Positions 1-9,889 are shown, counted from the first letter of the stretch. The stretch is 64,000 nucleotides of DNA from Methanobacteriota archaeon (GCA_903877165.1 CAIRCU010000014.1:2280-66279); one strand, 5' to 3'. Notes: generated by a model not told the origin, from the sequence alone. Made by a program: numbers and translations.

Positions 1-41
1 GGAAAGAAAAAGGCGGTCTGCTGTATCGGATTCGATGTCGG

Positions 42-1973
42 TTGATTGGCCGGCCGCGCAACATCCATGACCCGCTGTTGTTTCAAACGATTTCGCTTAT
101 TGCGCTGCTGTCGTGGATTGGGCTTGGGGCGGATGGGCTGTCGTCGTCGTCGTACGGGCCTGAGGCGGCTTTCACTCAGATCCTTGGGCATACGTATCTC
201 GCGGTGTTCCTGGCACTGGCGACCGCGGCGACCGTGTTCATCATCTCGTACACGTATTCGAAGATCATTGAGGAGTTCCCGCATGGCGGCGGTGGCTACA
301 TCGTCGCGACGCACACGCTGGGTCGGGTGCCCGGGGTCGTCTCCGGGTCCGCGCTGCTCGTCGATTATGTGCTGACTATTGCAGTGTCAATCTCAGCATG
401 CGGTGATGCCTTCTTCAGCTTCATCCCCCCGGAATATCAGGTGTTTAAGCTTTCGGTGAAGCTTGCGTTAATCCTGTTTCTCGTTGTTCTGAATCTGAGA
501 GGAGTGAAGGAGTCGGTGAAGGTGCTGGCGCCGATCTTCCTGCTGTTCCTGGTGATGCACGTGCTGCTGCTGGGGTACGGCCTTGCGAGCAACGTACCGC
601 ACATCGGGGCGCATGCAGCAAGTGTGACGACGAGCCTGAACGCGGATATCGGCGCCATAGGCCTCGTTAGCGTGTTCGCGATCTTCCTTCGAGCCTTTTC
701 CCTGGGTGCGGGGACGTATACCGGGATCGAGGCGGTGTCCAATGGCCTGCAAATCATGCGGCAGCCGCGGGTGCGGACCGGGAAGCGGACGATGCTGTTC
801 ATGGCGATTTCGCTGTCTGCGGTCGCCGGTGGCATCCTGCTGTGTTATTTCTTCATGGATATTCAGCCTGTGCCGAACCAGACGCTCAACGCGGTGCTGG
901 CGAACCGGTTGTTCGGCGGCTGGCCTGCGGGATACTGGATCGCTGCTTTGATTATTTTCTCGGAGGCGCTGCTGTTGATTGTGGCATCGCAGACCGGGTT
1001 TATCGACGGGCCGCGGGTCATGGCGAATATGGCGGTGGACTCCTGGTTCCCGAAAAAGTTCGCGGCGCTGTCGGAGCGGCTCACAATCCAGAACGGTGTG
1101 CTGGTGATGGGGGTCTCCGCGCTGCTTATAGTCGGGTTGACAGCCGGGAGCGTCTCGACCCTGATAATCATGTACGCAATCAACGTGTTCGTCACGTTTT
1201 CGCTGTCGCAGCTGGGGATGGCGCGGTTCACGCTTAAGAATCGGATGAAGAACCCGCATTGGCGGCGGCGGTTCGCGATCTTCGCTGTCGGGTTCGCGGT
1301 GTGCTTTACGATCCTTTTAGTGACGATTTCTGAAAAGTTCAGGGAGGGCGGCTATGTGACCTTGGTGGTCACGGCGGTCATCATCCTGATTTGTTACGGG
1401 ATTTATCGGCATTACCAGAAGGTGAGGACCGCGATGAAGAAGTTCGACGAGGTCCTGCTGCTTTCGAATATCCATCTGGCGGATAAGCCGAACACCAAGC
1501 CGATTGATTCAACGAAGCGGACCGCGGTGCTGCTCGTCCGGCGGTACGACGGCTTCAGCGTCAACACCTTCCTGCAGTTGATCCGCAACTTCCCCGGACT
1601 CTACAACAACATCATCTTCACGGCGGTCGCGGAGGTGGACTCCGGGTCGTTCAAAGGCAAAGAGGAACTTGATGCCTTGGAACGCTCTGTGCGCAGCGAC
1701 CTGATGAAGTACGTGAAGCTAGCACGGACGCTGGGGTTCGCTGCGGACTACCGCATGGACATCGGCACAGATGTGGTCGCGACCGCGTCAGCGCTGTGCG
1801 AGTCGATTGCGCATGAGTTCCCGACGGTGACGTTCTTCACCGGGAAGCTGTGCTTTAGGCATGAGACGATCTTCCATAAGATACTGCATAACGAGACGGC
1901 GCTTGCCATCCAGCGTCGGCTGCAGTGGGAGGGGCTGCCCGTGGTCATCATCCCCGTGCCCGTTGAACTCTGA
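42..1973 (+). CDS. APC-superfamily amino acid/polyamine permease-like transporter with a ~200-aa cytosolic C-terminal domain. The frame stays open to position 3, so the true start may lie upstream of the window.
   Basis: 643-aa ORF with about 12 hydrophobic helices. N-terminal motif GLGADGLSSSSYGPE resembles this permease family. TTG at 42 is only the first in-window start. Confidence 0.7.
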   Translation: MIGRPRNIHDPLLFQTISLIALLSWIGLGADGLSSSSYGPEAAFTQILGHTYLAVFLALATAATVFIISYTYSKIIEEFPHGGGGYIVATHTLGRVPGVVSGSALLVDYVLTIAVSISACGDAFFSFIPPEYQVFKLSVKLALILFLVVLNLRGVKESVKVLAPIFLLFLVMHVLLLGYGLASNVPHIGAHAASVTTSLNADIGAIGLVSVFAIFLRAFSLGAGTYTGIEAVSNGLQIMRQPRVRTGKRTMLFMAISLSAVAGGILLCYFFMDIQPVPNQTLNAVLANRLFGGWPAGYWIAALIIFSEALLLIVASQTGFIDGPRVMANMAVDSWFPKKFAALSERLTIQNGVLVMGVSALLIVGLTAGSVSTLIIMYAINVFVTFSLSQLGMARFTLKNRMKNPHWRRRFAIFAVGFAVCFTILLVTISEKFREGGYVTLVVTAVIILICYGIYRHYQKVRTAMKKFDEVLLLSNIHLADKPNTKPIDSTKRTAVLLVRRYDGFSVNTFLQLIRNFPGLYNNIIFTAVAEVDSGSFKGKEELDALERSVRSDLMKYVKLARTLGFAADYRMDIGTDVVATASALCESIAHEFPTVTFFTGKLCFRHETIFHKILHNETALAIQRRLQWEGLPVVIIPVPVEL

Positions 1974-1985
1974 GGAAAAAACGGT

Positions 1986-2606
1986 TTATGGGATGGCGGC
2001 AAACGCCTCAAGGGTCTTTGCCAGCAGCGTCTTGTTCACCTGTTTTTGATGCCCGAGGGTGTCGAATGGCCTGTCGCCGTAGTCATGGCCGGGGTAGACG
2101 ATGAGGCTGTCGGGCAGCGGCATGATCTTCTTCTGCAGACTGTCGAACATCTCTTTCAGATTGCCATCTGACAGATCCGTGCGTCCGCAGTCCCCGATGA
2201 ACAGGGTATCGCCGGTAATGAGCGCCTCGTCGTTGACGAGCAGGCAGATGCCCCCCGGGGTATGCCCTGGGGTGCTGATGATAGTGATTGGGATGGCGCC
2301 TACCTGAAGCACGGTGCCGTCTTTGACGATGAGGTCAGGATGGACTCGAAGGTGTTTGCCGTCGGCTTCGGAGGCGACGACCTTTGCCGCTGGATGCTGT
2401 TTCTTGACTGATGGGAGTGCCGCGGTGTGATCGCCATGGTAATGCGTGATAATAATATAGTGTAAGGTGAGGTGCTCGTCGTGGATGCGTTGGAGCGCTT
2501 GGGTGGCCTCTATGCTTGGGTCGACGAGGGCTGCGGTCTTGTCCGGTTCGCTGATGACCAGATAGCTGAAGTTATCGGCGCCGATGCGGAGCTGCTCTAG
2601 TTTCAT
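1986..2606 (-). CDS. MBL-fold metallo-hydrolase (glyoxalase II-like)
   Basis: 206 aa with the HYHGDH metal-binding motif, later TPGHTPG and GHDYG motifs, and typical length. Confidence 0.85.
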   Translation of the reverse strand: MKLEQLRIGADNFSYLVISEPDKTAALVDPSIEATQALQRIHDEHLTLHYIIITHYHGDHTAALPSVKKQHPAAKVVASEADGKHLRVHPDLIVKDGTVLQVGAIPITIISTPGHTPGGICLLVNDEALITGDTLFIGDCGRTDLSDGNLKEMFDSLQKKIMPLPDSLIVYPGHDYGDRPFDTLGHQKQVNKTLLAKTLEAFAAIP

Positions 2607-2643
2607 GATTCCTCCACCCTTGTGTGTGCGTAGGCTGGTGGAC

Positions 2644-2775
2644 TTATTTAAGTCTTGCAGACGCTTTGCAGTATCTTGGAGAGAGCGGTGTGTCTGTACT
2701 GATTTTTTCGATGGCGTGGATGATGCGTTCTTTCTTGGCCATGGGGATGGTCTCCTTTGTGGTGTTGGATGGCAT
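2644..2775 (-). CDS. Candidate small ORF (43 aa) immediately upstream of the MBL hydrolase gene
   Basis: Hand translation gives MPSNTTKETIPMAKKERIIHAIEKISTDTPLSPRYCKASARLK. It is below the ORF-track cutoff and ends 38 nt before the MBL start. No family recognised. Confidence 0.25.
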   Translation of the reverse strand: MPSNTTKETIPMAKKERIIHAIEKISTDTPLSPRYCKASARLK

Positions 2776-2787
2776 ACTAATATTATG

Positions 2788-2801
2788 TTAACAATTGTTA
2801 A
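2788..2801. promoter_or_regulatory. Perfect 14-bp palindrome TTAACAATTGTTAA in an AT-rich promoter region (candidate operator)
   Basis: Read directly from the sequence. It sits 13 nt upstream of the ATG at 2775 (minus strand), next to TATA-like tattat/taatat. Confidence 0.35.
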
Positions 2802-2922
2802 TTAAGGTTGCAGTTCCTCAACACAAGCGAACCTCTGAAAGAAACACATCCATTCACGGCCAATGACGGCCATCCGCTAGATGCGGACGTCACGTCCTGC
2901 CTTCACGCACTGCTCTCTTGGT

Positions 2923-4413
2923 TTATTGGAGGATCACCTTCGAGAAGAAAATCTTCGCCTCAACGGTACGTGTCGCAGTCACACCCTCACCGCAGATGAC
3001 ATCGACGGTAATCGTTGGAAGCATCGTGAGAATCCCAAGGCCTATGCCTCTCACAGGACAGTCAACATCCGCACTCCCACCCATCTGAAGAGAGGTGTGA
3101 ATATCAGTGAACTCTTTTGGCGTAATAAAAAGACCACCCATGACGGTCACGTTCACCGTGATATCGGTCGCAGCTTCGTCTCCGACATTCGTGACATTGA
3201 CAGTGAACCCTTTTCCACCGGTCACATCGATGGAAAACGCAGGCAACGAAATCCCTGGCACATGTTTGAAAATCCCACCGGTGACGGCATCGGTGTTATA
3301 GGAGCCGGCCCAGCCGACTTGCCCTGCCGTAAACCCAAGGCATAACAAAGGGATTCCCGTCATCTCAGCGTAGTCGGTCCACGTATTCCCACCATCACGA
3401 CTAAACGAAGCACCAGAGGCATTCGGCGATGCTCCCACGCTGATGTACATATCGACGGTCCCCGGAACATAACAGAGATCATAACTATAACAAGGACCAG
3501 TGTAGGCAACATTTTGCCAGGTGACGTCGCCATCGGAGGTTTCGGACAGCACGGTCGTTCCAGCGGTATCAATCGCCAAAACAAGACCATGATTTACATC
3601 TCTGAAGGCAGGTTTCGTATACGAACGAAGGGTCGTCTGTGCAACGGTCCAGTGCAGACCTCTATCACTTGATTTGTACACCCGTCCCATAGTGGTGCCG
3701 AACCAGACTGTATCGCCGACGGCACAGCAGGATCCTATAAGGCCGTATTCACCCTGCAATGGCGCAGGGATGTCCGCTGCCGGGACACGTGTCCATGTGG
3801 TTCCGCCATCGGTAGTGGTGTAGATCTCGAAGTATCCATCGGCGGGATCACCCATGCACCAGCCGACATCGGCATCCCAGAAGTGGACACAATTGGGAAA
3901 TGACCCAATGTAATTAAAATCAGCAGATTCTTGTCGCACCCACGACGTTCCTCCATCAGAGGTGTAATACAGACCCATAACGCCATTCTGAGGCGCACAC
4001 ATCGGCGCCCAGGCCCTATTAGCATCCAGAGCAAAAATCATGGAAAAGAACTGATTTTCTGAGTTGGGGATGGTTCCTGTTGTCCACGTCGTCCCGCCGT
4101 TCACGGTTCTGGTGAAGTCCTGGCAGGGATACGAGGGATTGTCTCCATTAAACGCCGCTGCCCAGACGACGCTTTCATTTACACTGGAGATGTAGCCGAT
4201 GCCGCGGTTCGGATCAACAAACCCCGTGGCTTGCTCCGTCCATTCTCCCCGTGGAAACAATGCATTCGCAATAAGTGCTTTATTGTTCACGGTCCGTGCG
4301 TGAGGAATCTCAGCGGATACACACATCCCGAACACCGAGGGAATAGCACCACAGACACACAACAGAACAATACCAACCACCAAACTTTTCTTCAACAGTA
4401 CATTTTTTCCCAT
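2923..4413 (-). CDS. Secreted BNR/Ycf48-like beta-propeller protein with a CARDB-like C-terminal module
   Basis: N-terminal signal-like hydrophobic segment. Six SxDxGxTW-type repeats: TVNGGTTW, TSDGGTSW, TTDGGTTW, SSDRGLHW, TSDGDVTW, SRDGGNTW. Confidence 0.7.
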   Translation of the reverse strand: MGKNVLLKKSLVVGIVLLCVCGAIPSVFGMCVSAEIPHARTVNNKALIANALFPRGEWTEQATGFVDPNRGIGYISSVNESVVWAAAFNGDNPSYPCQDFTRTVNGGTTWTTGTIPNSENQFFSMIFALDANRAWAPMCAPQNGVMGLYYTSDGGTSWVRQESADFNYIGSFPNCVHFWDADVGWCMGDPADGYFEIYTTTDGGTTWTRVPAADIPAPLQGEYGLIGSCCAVGDTVWFGTTMGRVYKSSDRGLHWTVAQTTLRSYTKPAFRDVNHGLVLAIDTAGTTVLSETSDGDVTWQNVAYTGPCYSYDLCYVPGTVDMYISVGASPNASGASFSRDGGNTWTDYAEMTGIPLLCLGFTAGQVGWAGSYNTDAVTGGIFKHVPGISLPAFSIDVTGGKGFTVNVTNVGDEAATDITVNVTVMGGLFITPKEFTDIHTSLQMGGSADVDCPVRGIGLGILTMLPTITVDVICGEGVTATRTVEAKIFFSKVILQ

Positions 4414-4664
4414 TGTTTTCCCCCTTATTAGACTTTTATATTCGGCAACTCCTTAAAAACGTATCTGGAGGACATCATTCCCCTCCTATTTACTGAACTG
4501 TCCTAAAAAAATCTCAGGGACACGATTCTATAGAACCGTTCTTTCGATTGTTGCTCATACCACTACAGAGGAACACGCCCTGAATCAAAACCGACGGTTA
4601 ATAAACAGGATGGAAATTACAAGAACCGAACAACCATTAAAGAAACACTGGGGGAGTCTTCCGA

Positions 4665-5879
4665 ATGTTCGATACCGGAAACATCGGCTTCATGCTCGTC
4701 GCCACCAGCCTCGTCATGCTCATGACACCAGGCCTCGCCTTCTTCTACGGCGGCCTCGTCGGACGAAAAAACGTCCTGGCCATCATGATCCAAAGCTTCG
4801 TCTCCATGGCCGTCGTCGACATCATCTGGTTCGCGGTCGGCTACAGTCTCTGTTTCAGCGGCGGATCTGGAGGCATTATCGGCAACTTCGACCACGCCTT
4901 CCTCCTCGGCATCGACCCTACCACCCCCTTCGCCGGTAACACCAGCATCCCCCTCTACGTCTTCATCGTCTACCAGATGATGTTCGCCATTATCACCCCG
5001 GCCCTCATCACCGGCGCCTTCACCAACCGCGTCCGCTTCAAAGCCTACCTGCTCTTCCTCGTCGCCTGGCTCTTCCTGGTCTACTTCCCCTTCGTCCACA
5101 TGGTCTGGGGCGGCGGCCTCCTCGCCACCTGGGGCGTCAAGGACTTCGCCGGCGGCATCGTCGTCCACACCACGGCCGGCATGGCTGCACTCGCTTCCGT
5201 CTTCTACGTAGGCCGACGAACCATTGGGAAGAAAGAACGCTCCCACAACCTCCCTCTCGTCGCCATCGGCACAGGCTTGCTGTGGTTCGGCTGGTACGGC
5301 TTCAACGCCGGCAGCGAACTGTCCGTCAACCCCGTCACCGTCACCGCCTTCCTCAACACCGACCTCGCGGCATCGGTCGCCGCCTTCACCTGGCTCATCC
5401 TCGCCTGGATCTTCGAAAAGAAACCCAAGTTCCTCGGCTTGCTCACCGGCTCCATCGCCGGTCTTGCTACGATTACTCCCTGTGCTGGGTTCGTGACCCC
5501 GGCAGCGGCGATGCTTATCGGCATGATGGCCGGCCTAGTCTGCTACCTCGCCATCTGGTACAAGAACAAGAAGAACTGGGACGACGCTCTCGACGTCTGG
5601 GGCGTGCACGGCGTCGGCGGCATCATCGGCACAATCTTTTTAGGGATCTTCGCTACCACCGCGGTTAATGCTGCAGGAGCTAACGGCCTTTTATTTGGTG
5701 GGACTAGGTTTTTCGGCCTGCAGGTCTTCGCCGTCGCCCTCGCCGGCTTCTGGGCCTTCATCCTCACCTACGTCATGCTCTGGATCATCAACAAAGCCAC
5801 CCCCGTCCGCGTCTCCCCGGAGGATCAGTCGAAACTCGACGAGGCCTTGCACGGCGAGACAGCGTACATCGACGACTAA
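4665..5879 (+). CDS. amt: Ammonium transporter (Amt family)
   Basis: 404 aa. N-terminal GFMLVATSLVMLMTPGLAFFYGGL and later DFAGGIVVH and WGVHGVGGIIG motifs are diagnostic of Amt/MEP. No adjacent glnK. Confidence 0.95.
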   Translation: MFDTGNIGFMLVATSLVMLMTPGLAFFYGGLVGRKNVLAIMIQSFVSMAVVDIIWFAVGYSLCFSGGSGGIIGNFDHAFLLGIDPTTPFAGNTSIPLYVFIVYQMMFAIITPALITGAFTNRVRFKAYLLFLVAWLFLVYFPFVHMVWGGGLLATWGVKDFAGGIVVHTTAGMAALASVFYVGRRTIGKKERSHNLPLVAIGTGLLWFGWYGFNAGSELSVNPVTVTAFLNTDLAASVAAFTWLILAWIFEKKPKFLGLLTGSIAGLATITPCAGFVTPAAAMLIGMMAGLVCYLAIWYKNKKNWDDALDVWGVHGVGGIIGTIFLGIFATTAVNAAGANGLLFGGTRFFGLQVFAVALAGFWAFILTYVMLWIINKATPVRVSPEDQSKLDEALHGETAYIDD

Positions 5880-5907
5880 CAGAGACGTCCATCGAACCTA
5901 AAGAGAT

Positions 5908-7125
5908 TTACCGATCCATTGACCGGACTCTGTTTATCGCGAGAGCGGCAAGCGAGGCATAGGAATGCAGGATCCGGTCCTGCTCGATGGTCATCGTCTC
6001 ATCGGATCTAACTGGTTTGATAGCGAGGATACCGTAGTTATCCGTCGCCGTCTTCAACGGGACAAAACGAAGGTCGGAATCGGTGAACGGCGACGTTTTC
6101 AGACCGATATCATCACCGGTCTTGAGACACCAGGTGGCCTCAGCCCATTGCTTTTCGTCTAAATGCATGCCCTTGCTTGATGCAAGGATCTGAAGGTCAT
6201 CCCCTTTTTTCGAGAGAACCGCCACTTCCCAGGGGAAATGCCTTTCGATATTCTCCAATAACGCTTTCGCAATGTCTTCAATGGTCACCGCTGCGGTGAG
6301 GTCTTCGCTGAGCTGGAATAAGGTCAGGATGTGTTGTTCCCCGAACCGTGCCGCTACGGCACTATCCCGTGCCCGAGTGATGAGGTAGCTGACGAGTATC
6401 CCTACGATAAACAACACGATGAACGTAATGATGGAAGACTCGTCTGCAACCGTAATCGAGAAGAGCGGAGGCACAAAAAGCAAATCATAGGTAAGGACAC
6501 TCACCGCGGCTGTGAAGACGGCAGGCCACAAGCCCCACACCACCGCAGCAGCCACGACCGCGAGCAGATACAATAAGATGATGTTCGCGGGATTAAGTAT
6601 GCTTGTGAGAGGAAAACAAACGATACTGACCAGCGCCACAAGCGCGAGGGCATACACGTAATGGAGGGGAGAAAAGGCGGTCAGCTCACGCTTCCTTTTA
6701 TGTAACGGTGGCGCGGTCTGCCCAACCGTATGCACATCAATCTCGCCACTATGCTGAAGCACTCTTCTGACGACGGTATTGAGTATCCATGCCTTCCGCG
6801 GCCTGCCCAGGATGACTGTCGTGATTCCATGCTTCTGGGCGTAGTCGAGAATTTCGTCCGCAACAGAGGCGCCAAATATCGTGTCCGTCTTCGCACCGTA
6901 GGATTCCGCGAGGCTCAGCAGCTGACTCATCTGATCCTTGATGTCCTTGGAATAGCGATGGTACGCGGGACGTTGAACGTGAAGGACGATCCAGTCCGCC
7001 TGCAGCTTGGCGGCTAACTCGCGTCCATGCTGGATCAATCGCTTTGCGAGATCGGTGTTCGTGCTGATGCAGACAAGAAGATGATGCTTGAATTGTTGAG
7101 AATCAGCATCCGATGATGAATCCAT
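5908..7125 (-). CDS. KdpD-derived sensor lacking the kinase core: Usp domain, DUF4118-type 4-TM region and a GAF-like domain
   Basis: 405 aa. A Usp-like N-terminus (LLVCISTN...VILGRP...DVHTV) is followed by 4 hydrophobic helices and a C-terminal alpha/beta domain. The protein ends where the KdpD H-box would begin. No HisKA/HATPase motifs seen. Confidence 0.7.
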   Translation of the reverse strand: MDSSSDADSQQFKHHLLVCISTNTDLAKRLIQHGRELAAKLQADWIVLHVQRPAYHRYSKDIKDQMSQLLSLAESYGAKTDTIFGASVADEILDYAQKHGITTVILGRPRKAWILNTVVRRVLQHSGEIDVHTVGQTAPPLHKRKRELTAFSPLHYVYALALVALVSIVCFPLTSILNPANIILLYLLAVVAAAVVWGLWPAVFTAAVSVLTYDLLFVPPLFSITVADESSIITFIVLFIVGILVSYLITRARDSAVAARFGEQHILTLFQLSEDLTAAVTIEDIAKALLENIERHFPWEVAVLSKKGDDLQILASSKGMHLDEKQWAEATWCLKTGDDIGLKTSPFTDSDLRFVPLKTATDNYGILAIKPVRSDETMTIEQDRILHSYASLAALAINRVRSMDR

Positions 7126-7344
7126 TTTCTATCGCCTCATGGTCAACTTTTTATTATATCCATTACTCTTCCAATCATTCTTTTAGTTTCAACCAAGGGG
7201 CGGAATTACACACGACATCCTTATTTACTTTGTGATAACCTCGTCTTTTCCTCCTATGTTGACAGGAGTAAACCGATAAGGAAAGTAGTAAATACACCAA
7301 CATTGATAACCACTCCCCAATCATACCAACCAGGTGACCTCATT

Positions 7345-7428
7345 ATGGATGATTGGGTCGCACTACTCCTGCTCGCCGGACTATTCCTCGCCGCATGGGC
7401 CTACGCGTACGCCGTCGAGCGACTGTGA
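7345..7428 (+). CDS. Candidate 27-aa single-TM peptide, a possible second KdpF-like subunit
   Basis: Hand translation gives MDDWVALLLLAGLFLAAWAYAYAVERL, ending 10 nt before kdpF. It is KdpF-like in size, hydrophobicity and C-terminal ER motif. Confidence 0.3.
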   Translation: MDDWVALLLLAGLFLAAWAYAYAVERL

Positions 7429-7438
7429 GGTACACCAC

Positions 7439-7528
7439 ATGCCCATCGACGTCATCATTTTTATCATCCTTTGCTTCGGGCTCTTCCTCTTCCTGCTCTA
7501 CGCCCTTCTCAACCCCGAGAAGTTCTGA
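7439..7528 (+). CDS. kdpF: K+-transporting ATPase subunit F
   Basis: Internal ATG of ORF 7334..7528 gives MPIDVIIFIILCFGLFLFLLYALLNPEKF (29 aa). The C-terminal YALLNPEKF matches the KdpF signature (E. coli YALINAEAF). It lies directly upstream of the kdp genes. Confidence 0.75.
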   Translation: MPIDVIIFIILCFGLFLFLLYALLNPEKF

Positions 7529-7540
7529 AGGCGAGACACC

Positions 7541-9889
7541 ATGAAACAGTTCCTGAAGACCATTCTTGGCCCCGCGGTCATCGTCACGATCGCCTTCGCG
7601 ATCATTACCGGGCTACTCTACCCCGCGGTCGTCACCGGCATCGCCCAGGTCGCCTTCCCCCACCAAGCCAACGGCAGCCTCATCACCAAAGACAACCAGA
7701 TCATCGGCAGCAGCCTTCTCGGGCAGAACTTTACCTCGGACCGCTACTTCCACAGCCGCCCCAGCGCTGCAGGAACAGGCTACGACCCCACCCAGTCCGG
7801 CGGCAGTAACCTCGCCCCGTCCAACCCCCTCCTTCGCGCACGCATCAAGGCGGCGATGAACACGAGCCGTACCACCGGGGAGACCAACCCGGACGGCACT
7901 ATCCCCGTCGACGCGGTCACCGCGAGCGGCAGCGGCCTGGACCCCGACATCACGCTCGCCAACGCCCTCATCCAGATTCCCCGAGTCGCCAAGGCACGGA
8001 ACATCACCGAGGACAACCTCACCCGCATCGTCGCCGACCACATGGAAGGCCGCGACTTCGGCGTCTTCGGCGAGCCCCGCATCAACGTCCTGCTCCTCAA
8101 CCTCGCCCTCGACGCCGGCACAGCCCCACGCGCCCCCGCCATGAGACTCACCACCCAGGGCAACCCGCAGGTCTTCGGCGTCTTCCAAGTAATCATCATC
8201 TTCGCGGTCGTCATCCTCCTCGCCTACTACCTCGGAACCTACCTCTACAACATCGTCACCGGCCGGCCCACGGAACTCAGCAAACGCCTCGCCAGAGCCG
8301 AAGCCTGGGTCTACCGAAGATTCCACATCAACCAAGACGAAGACATGACCTGGAAGACCTACGCTTTCTGCGTCCTTGCTTTCAGCCTCGTCAGCTTCCT
8401 TTTCACCTACCTCGTCCTCCGCATCCAAGGACTCCTCCCTCTCAATCCCCAAGCCCTCCCAGGAGTACAGCCTGACGTTGCCGTGAACACCGCGGTCAGC
8501 TTCGGCACCAACACCAACTGGCAGGTCTACGCCGGCGAACGCACCATGAGCTACCTGAGCCAGATGCTCGCGCTCACGACCCAAAACTTCTTCAGCGCCG
8601 CGGTCGGTATCATCGTCGCAATCGCCTTAATCCGAGCAATAACCTCGCGCACGAAAGGCAAGGGACTCGGCAACTTCTGGGTCGACCTCACCAGAATCAT
8701 CCTCTATGTCCTCATCCCCATCAGCATCGCCGCCGCCCTCATCTTCGCCAGCCAAGGCGTCCCCCAGACCTTCTCCGGCCCCGTCATTGCCCATACCATT
8801 GACGGAGGCACCCAGACCATCCCCCTCGGGCCCATCGCCAGCCAGGAAGCCATCAAGATGCTGGGCACCAACGGCGGCGGGTTCTTCAACGCCAACAGCG
8901 CCCATCCCTACGAGAACCCCACCCCCTTCACCAACGCCATGCAGATCGTCCTGCTGCTCATCATACCCGCCGCAGTCCTCTTCATGTTCGGCCGTTTCGC
9001 CTGGAAGATGAGACAAGGCATCGTCCTCTTCATCGTCGTCCTCCTCTTCCTCATCGCTGCTATCGCCTTCACCACCTACGAAGAACAACTCGGCAACAAA
9101 ATCCTCACCAAGAATGGCGTCGACCAACGACCCAGCAGCCTGCAAGCCGGCGGTAACATGGAAGGCAAAGAAGTCCGCTTCGGCATCTACGGCTCCACCA
9201 CGTTCGCTGTCGCCACCACCGCGACCGCCTGTGGCGCTGTCAACAGCATGCACGACTCGTACACGCCGCTGGGCGGCATGGTCCCCCTTTTCCTCATCCT
9301 CCTCGGCGAAGTCGTCCCCGGAGGCGCAGGCGCCGGCTTCTTCTCCCTGTTCATCTACATCCTCATCACGATCTTCATCGCAGGTCTCATGGTCGGCCGC
9401 ATCCCCAACTACCTCGGCAAGAAAGTCGAAGCCTTCGACATCAAAATGGCGGTCCTCATCCTCATCTCCATCGAGTCCACGATTCTCATCTTCTCCGCCC
9501 TCTCCGTCGTCACCCCGGCAGGCCTCGCCTCCATTAGCAACCCCGGCCCTCACGGCCTCAGCCAGATCCTCTACGCCTTCGGCAGCGGCGTCGGCAACAA
9601 CGGCAGCGCCTTCGCCGGCCTCAACGCCGCCACCCTTTGGTTCATCCTTCTCATGACCATCGCCATGTTCATCGGCCGCTTCTTCATCATCATCCCCATC
9701 CTCGCCATCGCCGGCAGCTTCGCCAATAAACACATCTATCCACCCACCGCCGGCACCCTACCGACTGACAACGCCACCTTCGGTGCTATCCTCATCGGCG
9801 TCATCCTCATTGTCGCCGGCCTCTCCTTCCTTCCCGTCTTCGTCCTCGGTCCCATCCTCGAGCATCTCCTCATGGGAGGGATCCTCTAA
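7541..9889 (+). CDS. kdpCA: In-frame fusion of full-length KdpC (aa 1-~191) and full-length KdpA (aa ~205-782)
   Basis: The N-terminal 191 aa align end to end with KdpC ([45 protein letters not shown]). The remainder aligns with KdpA ([49 protein letters not shown]). There is no stop codon between them. Confidence 0.9.
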   Translation: MKQFLKTILGPAVIVTIAFAIITGLLYPAVVTGIAQVAFPHQANGSLITKDNQIIGSSLLGQNFTSDRYFHSRPSAAGTGYDPTQSGGSNLAPSNPLLRARIKAAMNTSRTTGETNPDGTIPVDAVTASGSGLDPDITLANALIQIPRVAKARNITEDNLTRIVADHMEGRDFGVFGEPRINVLLLNLALDAGTAPRAPAMRLTTQGNPQVFGVFQVIIIFAVVILLAYYLGTYLYNIVTGRPTELSKRLARAEAWVYRRFHINQDEDMTWKTYAFCVLAFSLVSFLFTYLVLRIQGLLPLNPQALPGVQPDVAVNTAVSFGTNTNWQVYAGERTMSYLSQMLALTTQNFFSAAVGIIVAIALIRAITSRTKGKGLGNFWVDLTRIILYVLIPISIAAALIFASQGVPQTFSGPVIAHTIDGGTQTIPLGPIASQEAIKMLGTNGGGFFNANSAHPYENPTPFTNAMQIVLLLIIPAAVLFMFGRFAWKMRQGIVLFIVVLLFLIAAIAFTTYEEQLGNKILTKNGVDQRPSSLQAGGNMEGKEVRFGIYGSTTFAVATTATACGAVNSMHDSYTPLGGMVPLFLILLGEVVPGGAGAGFFSLFIYILITIFIAGLMVGRIPNYLGKKVEAFDIKMAVLILISIESTILIFSALSVVTPAGLASISNPGPHGLSQILYAFGSGVGNNGSAFAGLNAATLWFILLMTIAMFIGRFFIIIPILAIAGSFANKHIYPPTAGTLPTDNATFGAILIGVILIVAGLSFLPVFVLGPILEHLLMGGIL

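Noticed and set aside
4413-4665. Searched the amt upstream region for an NrpR-type operator (GGAA-N6-TTCC) and for an adjacent glnK.
   Set aside because: No GGAA-N6-TTCC was found. Only a short AGAAC-C-GTTCT palindrome (about 4532-4542) and a TTCCG-N13-CGGAA repeat overlapping the start codon are present, neither convincing. No PII gene follows amt.
7219-7294. Imperfect inverted repeat in the kdp divergent promoter: TATTTACTTT at 7222-7231 and AAAGTAGTAAATA at 7282-7294.
   Set aside because: Only 8 contiguous bp pair, in very AT-rich DNA where such matches are common. There is no resemblance to a known riboswitch that I can see.
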